Source: Tubiluchus corallicola (taxonomy: Eukaryota; Animalia; Priapulida). Taken from it: a stretch of DNA of 64,000 nucleotides. Numbering within the stretch: the first letter of the stretch is position 1; each line of letters opens with the position of its first letter. The stretch is from assembly GCA_030141605.1 (NCBI GenBank), contig JAQGDQ010001058.1:2669-66668 (forward strand). The letters run 5' to 3'. The notes beneath the pieces are model-generated. The model searched no databases. It had not been told where the DNA came from and worked only from the letters and a program-made list of their open reading frames with translations. Positions 14,601 through 27,300 of this stretch are shown in pieces. The translations under genes were made by a program, and so were the position numbers.

Positions 14601-15934
14601 TGGTTTATTTGAATACGTATCTTGTGCTAACTTCACTGGTGAGATACTAGAATGGACAGGTTTTGCCATTGCTGCTTGGTCACTACCGTCTCTTGCATTT
14701 CTTCTGTTTGTGATAGTCAATCTCTCTGCGCGATCGTGGCATCATCATATGTAAGTTGAGGTTTTTCAGTGGTAGTTTAGAACTTAGTCGATGTCAACAT
14801 GTCAGGTTAAATTCAGCTGCTGTTTTTTTCCATCAACTGAAAGGAAGGCAGGATGATTTTTCATATTGTCAATCTCTCTGCATGTAACACCCTCTGATAA
14901 TACCCCATTTTCAAGTCTGATAAAAGTACACATTTTAGCACCATTGATACTGCAAAAGCGTCTCTGACAGTTAAATAATAGATTAAAAACTTGATTAACG
15001 GTGGACGAACCAACATACCAACATAATTTTCAACAGCAAAAATATTCCATGAGCATGTTGTCCATGTTTGCGAAAGCAAAAATTGAAGCACAGCACTACT
15101 AGTAATATATTCAGTGTGTTGTACTAAAACTAGACACGTTTTAAGATAAACATTCAAATTTCAAATTTACAGCTGTGCTCACGCATGAGCTGTCGAACGC
15201 GTGCAGTTCGTCATAAACTAACACATCTGAACTGAAAGGTACAACGCCTGTTTTTTGTGCAATGCGTTTCATGAGCTGTCGAACGTGTGCAGTTTGTCAC
15301 AAACTAACTCATCTGAACTGAGAGGTGCAGCACTTGTTTCTTGCGCAATGCCTTTCCGAAATGTAGGTGATAGTGTCCATTTAAGTAGCGATTGGCGAAA
15401 TGCATGCAACAGTGAAGAACTAGTGGTGCAAACGTGAAATTGTGTTTGTATAGTAATCATTCTTTTGCTTAAGTCATTTTTGAAAAATACTATGCTTCTT
15501 TCAATATTTTAAAGAGTAGATTGTTTTGACCTACAGTTTAAGATTTGGTCCGGTTTTGGTTTAACACCTTGAGGAACCACATAAACAAAAATGACAGGAA
15601 ATAACAGAAATCTTTAGAAATTATGAGTATTGTTTCTCTATCTGGTTTCGGAACTTATATCATTAAAAGTATGCCTGTAATAGATACAATTTTGGTTCGT
15701 GTTACATTATTGATTTTTTTATTATCCTATAATAATAACAGAACCTAGGCTTCCCTGTTTTCATTTTAAGTAGAATTGACTCTAAATAAATATTATATCC
15801 ATTCATCCAAGAACTTTATCCAAGAATTTAATGAGAAAATTGATTATTTACTATTTAATTTTTCTAGGAACTACTTGAAACGGTTTCCGAATTATCCCAA
15901 ACGCAGGAAAGCTCTGATTCCATTTATATTGTGA
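8656..15934 (+). CDS. SRD5A1: 3-oxo-5-alpha-steroid 4-dehydrogenase (SRD5A1/SRD5A2-like), 6 exons, 270 aa
   Basis: Exons 8656-8796, 9810-9997, 10863-11023, 12128-12232, 14600-14750, 15868-15934, all GT-AG with compatible phases (813 nt). Protein carries family motifs PYGR, AWIIQEMP, HYFQR-TFIYP, NIHSDYILRHLRK, GYKIPRGGLFEYVSCANF-GE-LEW, YPKRRKALIPF. Exon 1 is the least conserved; start could be ATG 8656 or 8665. Orthology to SRD5A1 versus SRD5A2 cannot be resolved by eye. Confidence 0.93.
9369..9740 (+). mobile_element. hAT-like MITE family D
   Basis: TIR TAGGGGTGAG...CTCACCCCTA with perfect 8-bp TSD GTACAAAT (9361-9368, 9741-9748). Confidence 0.9.
12660..13295 (+). mobile_element. Interspersed repeat family E (unclassified)
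   Basis: Inverted homolog at 17559-18170 and a fragment at about 29470-29610. Confidence 0.7.
13559..14159. mobile_element. Tc1/mariner (pogo/Tigger-like) MITE family G
   Basis: TA|TAGTAAACTCCGCATAACT...AGTTACGCGGAGTTTACTG|TA; homologous to 49921-50408. Confidence 0.8.
14172..14561. mobile_element. Degenerate TIR element with GTCAGGGAAA subterminal repeats (probably hAT-like)
   Basis: Termini ..GTTCCCACAG...CTGTGGGAATCC; repeated GTCAGGGAAA motifs. Confidence 0.55.
14841..15560 (+). mobile_element. Kolobok-like family B copy with a short internal duplication
   Basis: Starts AGGAAGGCAGGATGATTTTT, ends GGTCCGGTTTTGGT|TTAA; homologous to 35385-35914. Confidence 0.75.
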
Positions 15935-17177
15935 AAGAAATTAACACGCTTCGTAGTGAGCGGATCGATCAACACAGTATTTAGCAATGCAGTATTACGA
16001 GCTTGAACCATCGATATTTCAGTATAACATTATAGCGAACATGGTTTACTGCGTACACACTGGTAATGAGAACTCTCAAAGAAAGAACAAACTTTCGGCC
16101 GTTATTTAACTAGCATAATAGCTTTGAATACAGCGTACTCTGTTATTGCATATTGCGAACTTTTTGCTGGACTTTTTTACATTCACTTTACTGAATGTGT
16201 CAGATGAATTTACAACTGAATGTGAACACGCAATTTAATACGAAACCTTCTGTAATTTTTAAATTTTTGAAGTCAAATACTTTTCATTGAATTTGAATGT
16301 ACTGCAAAATAGTTGACACTTGACAAGTTGCCAGCATCTTCTATAAGCGTTTCACTGCCTTCACGACCTCTATGAAGCCACACGTTGTACGTTATTTAAA
16401 CACTTTTACTGTTAATACGTGTTTGTCCATCTATGCAGTAGGCACACAAATACATGGTTAGCCACATATGCTTATATAGAGTACCTTGGTTATAGACAGT
16501 GGTGGCTCGTAGCTGAAATTAGTGGGGGTGCTTCACAAAACTTTTAGCCATTGTTTTATGACTGTGTAAAACTGAACAAACATAAATTATGTAATTTTAA
16601 TGTTGTAATTTGTAATTGTAATTTTGAACAAACAAACATATGTAATTTTAATGTTGTAATTGTAATTTTGAACAAACTAACATACAAAAGTTTATACAGA
16701 TATTTCATAAAATCCTATACAAATTTTTTTGCTTACCAGTTGTCTAAATTGTCACAGTTCAAGCTTGATCCATTCACGGTAAACATGTGGCAACTGACGA
16801 CAAACTGTGTGAGCGACAGTACTTTCTCAACCTGGGCTAAGACGGGCGCCTTGCCGCATGTAGACAACAGCCAAACACCACGTTGCTGGAGCCGCGAGTG
16901 CACTGTGCAGGGCTGTAAAGCAAACAATACTACGCTCGCGTGCTCTGGTTCCGTACAAGTATAAAAAATGAACTAAAGAAAAAAGTCTTATTATATTGAA
17001 TATTGAGTGAAAATATGGTGTGCTGCAGTTCCATGGTAGCTGTACACGAGCTGCCACTTTTTTCCATGTCGCTGGCAAGTTCGCTATAATGATTTTATAA
17101 TGTATTACAAAGACTATCTGGTTCTACAGTGTCCCTCTAAACCAAGCTTTAATTGTTCACAGTTTGTTCCACTAACT

Positions 17178-17502
17178 CAGTGGTTCCCAAACTTTCTCGG
17201 ACCGTTACCCAAATCGGGAAACCCGGTCGTGTCCATTACCCCCCACCAAGTACTACTTCTCCAACTCAAAAAGTAAACACACGTATATGCCACAAGCAAG
17301 CAAAATTATTGATGTTTGCTCGTGACAGAAATAAATTTCCAGGTGTTGTTGTTGTATTGTTGCCAAAACAAGAATTACAATTACTGAACCTGCTCATTAC
17401 TGAATGAGCAGGTTCGTTCGTTGAACGAGCAGGTGCCCTTACCCCACCAAAAAAACCATATTACCCCCGGGGGGTAATTTACCCCTACTTTGGGAACCAC
17501 TG
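17178..17502. mobile_element. hAT-like MITE
   Basis: TIR CAGTGGTTCCCAAA...TTTGGGAACCACTG with perfect 8-bp TSD CACTAACT on both sides. Confidence 0.92.
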
Positions 17503-17558
17503 CACTAACTAGTTGTGCAATTATCTACTAGAAACCACGTGTGCTTGCAAACCAAACC

Positions 17559-18170
17559 TGTCCACAAGTCGGCATAGTTAAAACTATGTAATGATGCTTC
17601 AAAGTAAAATGTACCAAAAATTGGCCAAATGTCAATTTTTTGTATTTCATAAAAACAAATGCTAAATGCATTATGCTTTTGGACCTTTATATTCTAGCAT
17701 CAAATTATCAAGAAAATGTTCAAAAAATACCCACTTTCCTAGCCAGAAATTAGTACTGCGATTGTAAAAAACTCGTATTTTCAAACTACGATAGTAACTC
17801 TTGGAAGCAGTCATTTTGCTTCTGTTTTTTTCTGCTGACAAGTGCAGATATTCGCCAGGAAAAGCCATCTACTGGATTTAAACATGACTTCAAAGTTTAT
17901 AGCATCCCAGCTTTTGTACGTTTGCTAAGTGTTTTGTACAAACATAACAATAACAATGGCTAAGTTTAATAGCAATTTTCTCAAGGTTACGTTTTTCAGT
18001 ACGTAGCCTGCACCTCAACTTCAAAGTGGATTATCTCAGCTTAGAAATAACATAGAACGATGAGCTCGGTATCAAAATGATCCTCATGAAATGGAGATTC
18101 AGAGCATGTGAATATCTAGAAGAGCTTAATTGCCGGCGACTTATGGATGGTTTTGCTATGCAAGCACACA
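17559..18170 (-). mobile_element. Interspersed repeat family E, inverted copy
   Basis: Reverse complement of 12660-13295 (shared ATCTCCATTTCATGAGGATCATTTTGATACC). Confidence 0.7.
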
Positions 18171-18585
18171 TATAACGTGCTTTTGCTATCTGACGTTTTT
18201 TGTTTGTAACTTACTATAGAGCGAAGTTTTTAATAATTTTGATTCTAATATTTATATACAAGTTTGTAAAGAAACTAGTGTTCAAAATTAATGTGTGTGT
18301 AATTAGTTATGTATCAGCTGTGATATGAAATACTCCGAAGGCGACGATTATTGCTAATTGCTTAATATGATAACAACCATTTATACGAATTAGTTACTAG
18401 TTATAACAGATTCATAATTTATAAGTCTGTGTATATTTAATAGTAGGACATAGAATGACAGGAAAATAAATTCATGTGAAAAAGTGTCTAGTTTTCAGTT
18501 TATTATACAAAGATGAGATGTAGCGAGATGAGAAAAATTTGGTCAATTAACTAATTAAAATTAAGCACCTAGCAGAACTTTATAA

Positions 18586-19250
18586 AGGACAAGAAAAAGG
18601 GGTACCTGAAGTAGGTTTCAGAAAAATCGCCTTAAAAAACTATATTACTTTATAGCAATTTTATGCATATATCGTACTCGCGTTGAAAGCAATTTTTGTT
18701 TGTTTTCATTTTAAATCTGTTGGAATACTGTTCCGACGGTGCCATTACTTGACGTCATACATGCACAACATAAACCAAGGGAAGAAAAGACAATATTAAA
18801 TTGTGTCCCAAAAAACTTTCCATGCAAAATTATATAACTTAGCATTTCGCTTACCTGCTTGAAAGACATATAACTAGAAATAATAATTTAAAATGTTTGT
18901 GCCCATTTTGTGCAGCAATAAAATGTCGCTAGCTCACCCTCCAGGGTGCGACACACACTAATCAAAAACTTATCTTACCTTTAATCTTATTGAGTAGATA
19001 CAGTAATTTAAAATTTTATTTAGTTAGTAACGTGTGCACTACGAATGTTCTGCTTATTTTTCAAACTTCACGCAATGTTATCTAAACTTGTATCAAACAA
19101 CATACCATTAAAATATCTGCTTAAATTTACAAGTTGTATACAGCAATACTGCCAATGCAAGCCCTGCTTGCAAAAAGGCAGTACATAAGAGGTATAAAAT
19201 TTCAAGACGAATTATTTAAGCTTTATGTAAGTGGAGGGTTTTCTTGTGCT
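18586..19250 (+). mobile_element. Kolobok-like family A copy
   Basis: Collinear with 1274-1949, same termini. Confidence 0.78.
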
Positions 19251-20319
19251 TCGACGAAACAAGAAAATTGCCAATCATAAATTTGTTCTATTTCTGCATA
19301 AATCTTGTTGATTAAAGGACCGTAAAGAGTTGCTGCATTTTGCATGTGTTCATGAAAAACTGTTCTCACTAAGCAGCAATTACGTTATATTTGATAATTT
19401 TTGTAGGCTTCTATTCCTCACTCAATGGATTTTAATGCAAAGTTATTGTATGAAATGCATTTGCTTAAATATGGATTTTTGATGAAAAAATTGAAAAAAG
19501 CTTTGAATAATTGAAGTTTTTGCACTGTAACAATGTACAGTACATCACTTGTGTGAAATCTGCTAATGCAGAAAATTTCAACTGTCCAGGCACAACACTC
19601 TGATACACTTATGCGACACTTTGGCTTCAAGTCTACTCTATTTTTAAGGAGAAATTCCTTTTAAAAAGTGAAACGACCTAAATTTGTCATTTGCTCGTTT
19701 GGTTTTTCCTGGAACTCTTGGGCTTTAGCAAGCAGGCAATCAATAAAATACAGTAGTGTGCAGGATCACACAAGTGTACACCAGGCTTAATTACTCAATA
19801 GACTAAGCTGAAGTGCCTGAAAAGGGCATTTTTCTTAATTTTAACCAATTAACTCTCTTATAAATATTTAAACAAACAGCATGACTGGATAGCCGAGATT
19901 TTCCTGAATAGAACAGTACCTAATTTGTAATAATTTACATATGTCTGCACTCATACAGCGGCAGAATTGTCACAGGTCTTATAAGACCCCTATTTTGAAT
20001 GGTGCGGTCCTGAAGGAGTTAAAATAAATACAGCAAAACAGTTTTTCTTCAAGCTATAAAAATGCTCTTTTATGAAAAACACGTATCAGACCTTGATAAT
20101 AACTCACAACTTGAACATCATTACGAAATTAACAAGGTATAAAATCAATAGCAATTGCTTCAAATTGCCAAGGTTTGTGTAGTCGTAATTGGAGAAAACT
20201 CATCCTATGGTAAAGAGAGCTACCCTGAGAGCGAAAGGGAAGTTTTCCGGTCGATTACAAAAAAATGAGTTGCAGCAGACAAACTGTTTAATTTAACACT
20301 TACAATCCAAATAAAAATA

Positions 20320-20756
20320 CACTCACATCTCGGTTTGCCGGACAAAAGCAGGGAGACGACGGTCCGAATTTGCCGATTGTCCGTATTTGCCGATACTATG
20401 CAAATACAGTAGGCGCCGTGTATTAGGCTCATGGTAATGTAGAATCAATCGTCTAATTCTACCAAAAACATCTAGTATGAACCGCTCGTATGCAGAAGTA
20501 TATAAAAACTGTCAGCAATTGACTCAAATCACTCTGCATAATTGACTTACAAAAGCTGATTAAACCACTAAATACGCTGACATACAAGCTACACAAGTGT
20601 CGTTACATGCTGCTTCGACATAAGTGGCGGCTATTAGCGGTCAGCTTGCAAAATAACGGACTCTGTCCGTAGTATGGGGGAGTTTCTACGGACCAAATTT
20701 TGTCCGAATTTTCCGATATCCGTAAAAGCGAGGTCCGGCAAACGGAGATATGAGTG
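20320..20756 (+). mobile_element. Tc1/mariner-like MITE family F
   Basis: TA|CACTCACATCTCGGTTTGCCGGAC...GTCCGGCAAACGGAGATATGAGTG|TA; 24-bp TIR, TA TSD. Confidence 0.88.
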
Positions 20757-21354
20757 TATTGGTAGTCTAGTTTTTACAAGCTGCACATAATTATCGTGAA
20801 ACTCACAACAGATTCTTCCAAGAAAAAAACCATGAAAATAAAACAGATTTGCTGTTTGGTCAGAATTTGAAACTGATTATTAGATACTTTGAGATGCAGT
20901 CCAGTGATTAATTCTATGTATTCCTGCAGCTTCTCTGCATTGCGATACAAGATTGTAAGAATTTTGTTCATCATAAAAAGACATTTGGATGAGAGAATAG
21001 CGATATGGTCTGCAACTGTATGAGTTTGAGCAACACCCGGTTTTGTTTGTGAATTGATTGGTGACTGCAGAAAACACAGTTCCCAGGCGATATGCTTTGT
21101 CATGCTGCCATGGAGAAAGGTTGTACAAATATCTAAACGTAGCTACGGCATCTTAGTTCAGTATCTCATCCTAAGGCAATTATCGTAATAATCAGCTAGA
21201 TGCCAGTCCTGCTACAATCCTAGTCTGCGGTATTCTGGATACTGACTTGCATTGCAATACCTTTCTCTACAATTGATACAGATGCCTTAAAAACATTTCC
21301 ACATTGCTGCACAACTACCCAATCTAAAATCTCTTAAAACAGACAATTATTATT

Positions 21355-24300
21355 CTACGAGTCAAACTTGTATTTCTTAGCCACATCTAGTAAATCATCT
21401 GCCGGCTGCAAACTTCTTAAGCGTTTCCTACATATTGACATGTTCCTCCTTGTAGCATCAACGGCACTTTCACCCGAGTGCCAAAGACTTCCATGAATGC
21501 CCGAGCTTGCGCATGTATCCAGTGGCGTAGTTGTAGCTTCGTCGGATACAGAAGTCGGTGTTCTCGAGTTGTCTGACGTGTTCAGATGACTGCGGCCGGA
21601 CTCCACCCTGGATTTCGCTTGCGAGTTAGGCGGAGTTGACAGCAGATCCTCTAACTTGGTTTCCTGAAACCCTTCCTTTACAGGCCCGGGTCTGGAAGTC
21701 GAACCGCCAGCGCTTTCGTCGCTCCGACACAATCTTTCCGTCAGATCAGCAATCTTCAGGTCGTACTCGACGAGCTTCCGATTCATCTCCTTTATTTTTC
21801 TGTTCTGTTTCTTGTTCTCGTGACGAAATTCTCTCAGTTTTATCTGCAAAATTAAACGAACGTTTTCAAATCTACATTGTTATTTGCAGCACAATTCTGG
21901 CAACAAGCAAAAGTAAGAGACACAAGAAACTAAAACTGCTGTAGTGAAAAGATGATTTTCGTATCCTACCTCATTCTGAAGTACAGTAAAAAGCATACGT
22001 TTTAGCGCTTATAACAATGCCTAGAGCTATGACTCCATGGGCATGTAATGCGTAATGCTTAATCTGTTTTCTGTAATGCGTATTGACTTTGTGTCCGTAA
22101 ACGCTATGCATATTAACAAAGCTCGAGGCGCTCTTTCCGAAATTTTTGGTCGCTGTTTGTGAAACTTGCAAGCAATAATTTTTGGAAATCATTTGTCCAA
22201 ATTTAAGAGAGATAATTGCAGCTGCGGCTTTAGCTTTTTATTGTACTATTAGACGGAAAAGAAATCACAGGTTTTGGGTGCACAACATTTTGCAGGGAAG
22301 AGAACAATATGTTTCTTCCACCTCTCAAAAAATCAAATAGAAAAAATATTATTGTTTATATAGGTCCTGAAGTGACCAAAACTCACCTAACTAGAATTTT
22401 CAGAAAGTTAAACAGTGAAACTGGTCACCGGAAACTTGAAAACTCACTATAATCACCTAGGCAACGGCGGTTTCCCGTCTGCATATTCCTGTGTGATGCG
22501 TATTCAGACGATAGTGATCACGTTTGAATGAATACCGATCACACATCATGCATAATGCACACTTGGAAACACTTCTACATGTTTAAATGCAAACTGTTGT
22601 ATACGCATTACGGATCATGCATTACGCATTACATACACATGGAGTCCTACCTTATGTCTCGAAAAATACACGTTTCAACACTCATAACAACGCCTAAGTT
22701 TTTCTGATAATTAAGTAATAGGTAAAAAGTTAATTAACAGCAGGAGAGCCCAACCGGAGTCAGGAGGTCAAGAATCAGCTAGGGAGGTCGGGGTCTCAGA
22801 TACGTCTTATCAGGCCTTCTTCAGAAACAAAAAAATAAAATGAAATACAAAAAATTAAACCACAAAGTAGCACAAATTTCATGATTTTCGGCTCTAAAAA
22901 GTCTTAAAAGCCTAAAACTTACAAGCAGTGTAGATCAATTTTTCAGTCTCAATGCATTTTCCTTACATTTTTGAGATTTCTGCAGACAGACAGTTCAAGT
23001 TGTGTGAATTAAAGCTAAGCAGGAAGAATGTTTGCACTGAAAGCACTTGACACTGCAGCAAATGTTTGTGAAAAATGTAGACAGCGTTAAATGATGAAGG
23101 CAGGTAATCGTTTAAACTTAATTTAATAAGTTTATTGTTTTACTTAAGAAAGATTCCACTGTTTTTAGCTTAGCTCTTAATGTTTCAATGACATGCAAGA
23201 TACATTAGTTTTACTAAGAGAGATTCCACTGTTTTTAGCTTAGCTCTTAATGTTTCAAAGGCATGCAAGATGTATTAGTTTTACTTAAGAGAGATTCCAT
23301 TGTTTTTAGCTTAGCTCTTAATGTTTCAATGACATGCAAGATACATTAGTTTTACTCAAGAGAGATTCCACTGTTTTTAGCTTAGCTCTTAATGTTTCAA
23401 TAGCATGCAAGATGTATTAGTTTTACTTAAGCGAGATTCCACTGTTTTTAGCTCAGCTCTTAATGTTTCAATAGCATGCAAGATGTATTAGTTTTACTTA
23501 AGCGAGATTCCACTGTTTTTAGCTCAGCTCTTAATGTTTCAATAGCATGCAAGATGCATTAGTTTTACTTAAGAGAGATTCCACTGTTTTTAGCTCAGCT
23601 CTTAATGTTTCAATAGCATGCAAGATGCATTAGTTTTACTTAAGGGAGATTCCACTGTTTTTAGCTCAGCTGTTAACGTTTCAATAGCATGCAAGATGTA
23701 TTAGTTTTACTTAAGAGAGATTCCACTGTTTTTAGCTCAGCTCTTAATGTTACAGTGACATGCAAGATGTATTAGTTTTACTTAAGGGAATTCCACTGTT
23801 TTTAGCTCAGCTCTTAACATTTCAATGGCATGCAAGATGTATTTCTGTATTATCCACTTAAATTTCAATTGCGATGAAATCATATAGTGCTCTTATGAGA
23901 TTTGCCATGGTCATAATCGTAAAAGAAGAAGTAAAAATACCCATAAATCTCAAAAAATTCTTTATTTTTTGTTCAGAAGCTTTCAACCTCTCGGACCTCA
24001 TCAGCTGCACAGAAAGATATAATAATAATAATAAAGTAGTTTCATTTGTGATTTTTATTATTATTGTATCTTTCTGTGCAGCTGATGAAGTCCGAGAGAA
24101 CGAACGCTTATGTGATGGTCGAAATCAGAAGATTTCAGAATTTATCAAAAATTTGACCAAAGTACGGATGTATGGCCAAATTTCAGAAGACTCCGGGCCA
24201 ATCAGGAGTCACGGCAACCCGACTGCTCACCGGCGGTGTTACATATAACATAAAGAAGCTTAGTACCTGCATGTACATTCTCTGCCTGTATTGTTCCATC

Positions 24301-27300
24301 TTGCAGTTTCTAAGCATTCGGTTCACGGACTTTAGCTCATCCGTCAATTTGCTGATGCTGCCCTGAAGGGACGTCGTTGCTTTCGGAATCTGACTCTCCG
24401 GATCGGTATGAACGCCCAACTGCATCAAGTCTAGACTAGGAGACATTGAGGTTGAGCCTGACCATGAAATAGAACAGCAATTAGCTTTTACAAGATCTAA
24501 CAGCCAACTTAATACACGCAGTCAGAAATGAAATCCACTCATATCTCGGTTTGCCGGACCTCGCTTTTACGGATGTCGGAAGAATCGGACAAATCTGAAC
24601 CGTTAAAAAATCCTGCACACTACAGACACAGTCCGTTATTTCGCGACCTAACCACTAGTTGGCGGGCCATCACTTTGTTTACGTCATTACATCAGTGTTA
24701 CCACACGTATATCTCTATACATAAGTGGGGAGTTATTTGAGTCAATTGCCGAACGTTTTTACATACTTTTGCATATGACCGTGCTAGACATTTTTGAGAC
24801 AATTAGGCAATTGATCCTACATTACCTTGAGTCTAATACACGGCGCCTACCTTATTACCATAGTATCTGTAAATACGGACAATCGGCAAATTCGGACCGA
24901 TGTTTCCCTGCTTTTGTCGGCCAAACCGAGATATGAGTGTACGCCAATCAAACTATAGTCAGTCCTCGTTATAATGCCCCCTTTTCTATGATGCCAGCCT
25001 TGCTTAATGCCCAAATTTTCGGCAAAAGAAGGCATCTATATTTGCATAGACATACATGTATTAATTCAACTTGTTATAATGCCAAACTCGCTATGACACC
25101 AACTTCTTTACCCAAAGTAGGCGGTATAAAGAGGTTTGATTGTATTCCATTCATCAGCAGCTAACAGTCTATATTTCAAAATATTATCGTTTACAATACT
25201 TTAGCTTTACATACTAGATACATACTACATACTAAATATATGCTACATACATACATAAGATACTTTAGGTTTACATACCGCTTACACCTAAAGATAAACT
25301 GACACGAGGTCTTTGAGATGTGGAACTCCGGGGGGAGACCGAAAATTTTCCATCCTGTAATTTCTGTTTTAATCCAGGAACGATCTGTGAATTAAAAACA
25401 ATGTTAATTGTTTCACTCTTCAAGCTGAGGATGTGCTGGAGAAAGGAATAAAAAAGTTGGTTGCCATAGGGTGTGCTTAGTAACCAAGCTTAAACAAAGC
25501 CAGATCTGATTAGTAAATGGATAGGTAAGCAATATGAAATTTGTGGATTTATTCTGCATTTTTTCAATAAGCCTTTTCACAGTTTCGTTGTGCGCACGCG
25601 CAGCTACTGTAGGTCAATGGTTAAGTGTGCCACAGCAAACTATCTTAACTACAACCGTCACGTGACGTGTGTAAAGCAAAGCCGTCTGCAACATCAGTTC
25701 AGTAACTTCAGTTGTTTTACGCGGAGTTTACTTAATTATGCATAAGTCTGTGTGTAGAGTGATTTACACAAATGCGTTGTCTGGTACCCTTAACCTTTGA
25801 CCTTTTCACGACCATCAGTAACCACTAGAACTATGAAAAGGCTTATTACCTAGAAATGACACAAAAGATGGATAAAATTAAAGGCAAAACCCTAATTTTC
25901 GCTGCGCATCTAACTCCGACATAATTTAACTTATTGGGTACAAAAACTTTGCTTATAGGCACACGATGCGTGAAGCAATCAGTTCACTTGCACAACAGCG
26001 ATTCAAGTTCATTCAACAGACTAAAATTCATGCAGAGTGATTATGACGAAACAACTAACTTTACTTTCAATGTGACTTTGACTAAAACATGAATCTAGGA
26101 AATGGGATTTAAATTTCAACTGCACAAAATAGGCAAAAACTATCAAAAATACATCTCATTTTTCGATATTGCTGTTGCTTTTGTCGCTTTTTACTGAAAA
26201 ATGTGATCTTACTGAACGGCACATTGGTTTTATTAACCAAATGTTCTTAACAATAGTTTCTGCAGGGATAATTCCAAGCCAGGCCTAAATGCTTCTAAAA
26301 TGCGGCTAGTTTTATTATCCGTGTTTTGCTACAGCGACCACTGTAAGAGTTATGAATACAGCAAGTCTTTGCATAACAACTCCGCGTTTAGCAACATTTC
26401 GTTTTAATGACGAATTTTTTACGTTGTTCACAGCAGTTTTTTATTTTAACAACAACCTTTTTTTACCTAATTTGAAGCATTAAAACAGTAGATATTGATT
26501 TATTCTGTTCTAAAACACATTAGTAACCTACATAGTGCAATTATTATAATGTTTTTGCTTTTCAACAGACTACATACTAAATTCTAGCCGTTTGTATCAA
26601 GCGACACCCGAGTTTAAACTTTATGCCAACAATTTTGTCTGCAACCTGTTGCAATAACAACCAGATTAGTACTACATGAAATTGTCTCAAGGTCGCTCCA
26701 TGCAGAGCTTACACGCAGTGTTTAAACGGGACGAGAAATCTCTAGCAAGTCTAAGCAGACACTGGTAAGAAACATGGGTGGTTTCAAGCAAACAGAAAGG
26801 AATTAATCAGTAGAAATATGAATAAAACTCATAAAACGTTTAATTTACGTGATTTAAGCAGCATTGATGCATTGATTTTTGGTTCTGGAACGTATCTCAA
26901 TTCGTTTACATTACTTCCCATGGAAGCTTTCGTTTCACTTAACGACGTTTAGCTTAGCGTCGTGTTTTGCTGGAATGCATTAGCGTCGTTAGGTGAGGAC
27001 TTACTATACAATAAAACAGAATTTAGAAAGATGAAAATGACCTGCTCATCAAAATATTCCATTGCCATTGATGATATGTCTCGCAGTTCCTGCAGTATCT
27101 CATGAGCTCTTGGTGGATTCTTGGTGGTTTCCAAGTATCGTAATACTTTCAAGATTTCATCCAACACCTGTTTGTAAAAAAATACACCAGGTGGAGTCAC
27201 ACGAATTAACTTAAATATTTAATTACAGTTTGTTACAGAAAAATATTTGTTTTAAAGACTGACGTTCTTCATTTATACAATCAATAAGGATTGTATACAT

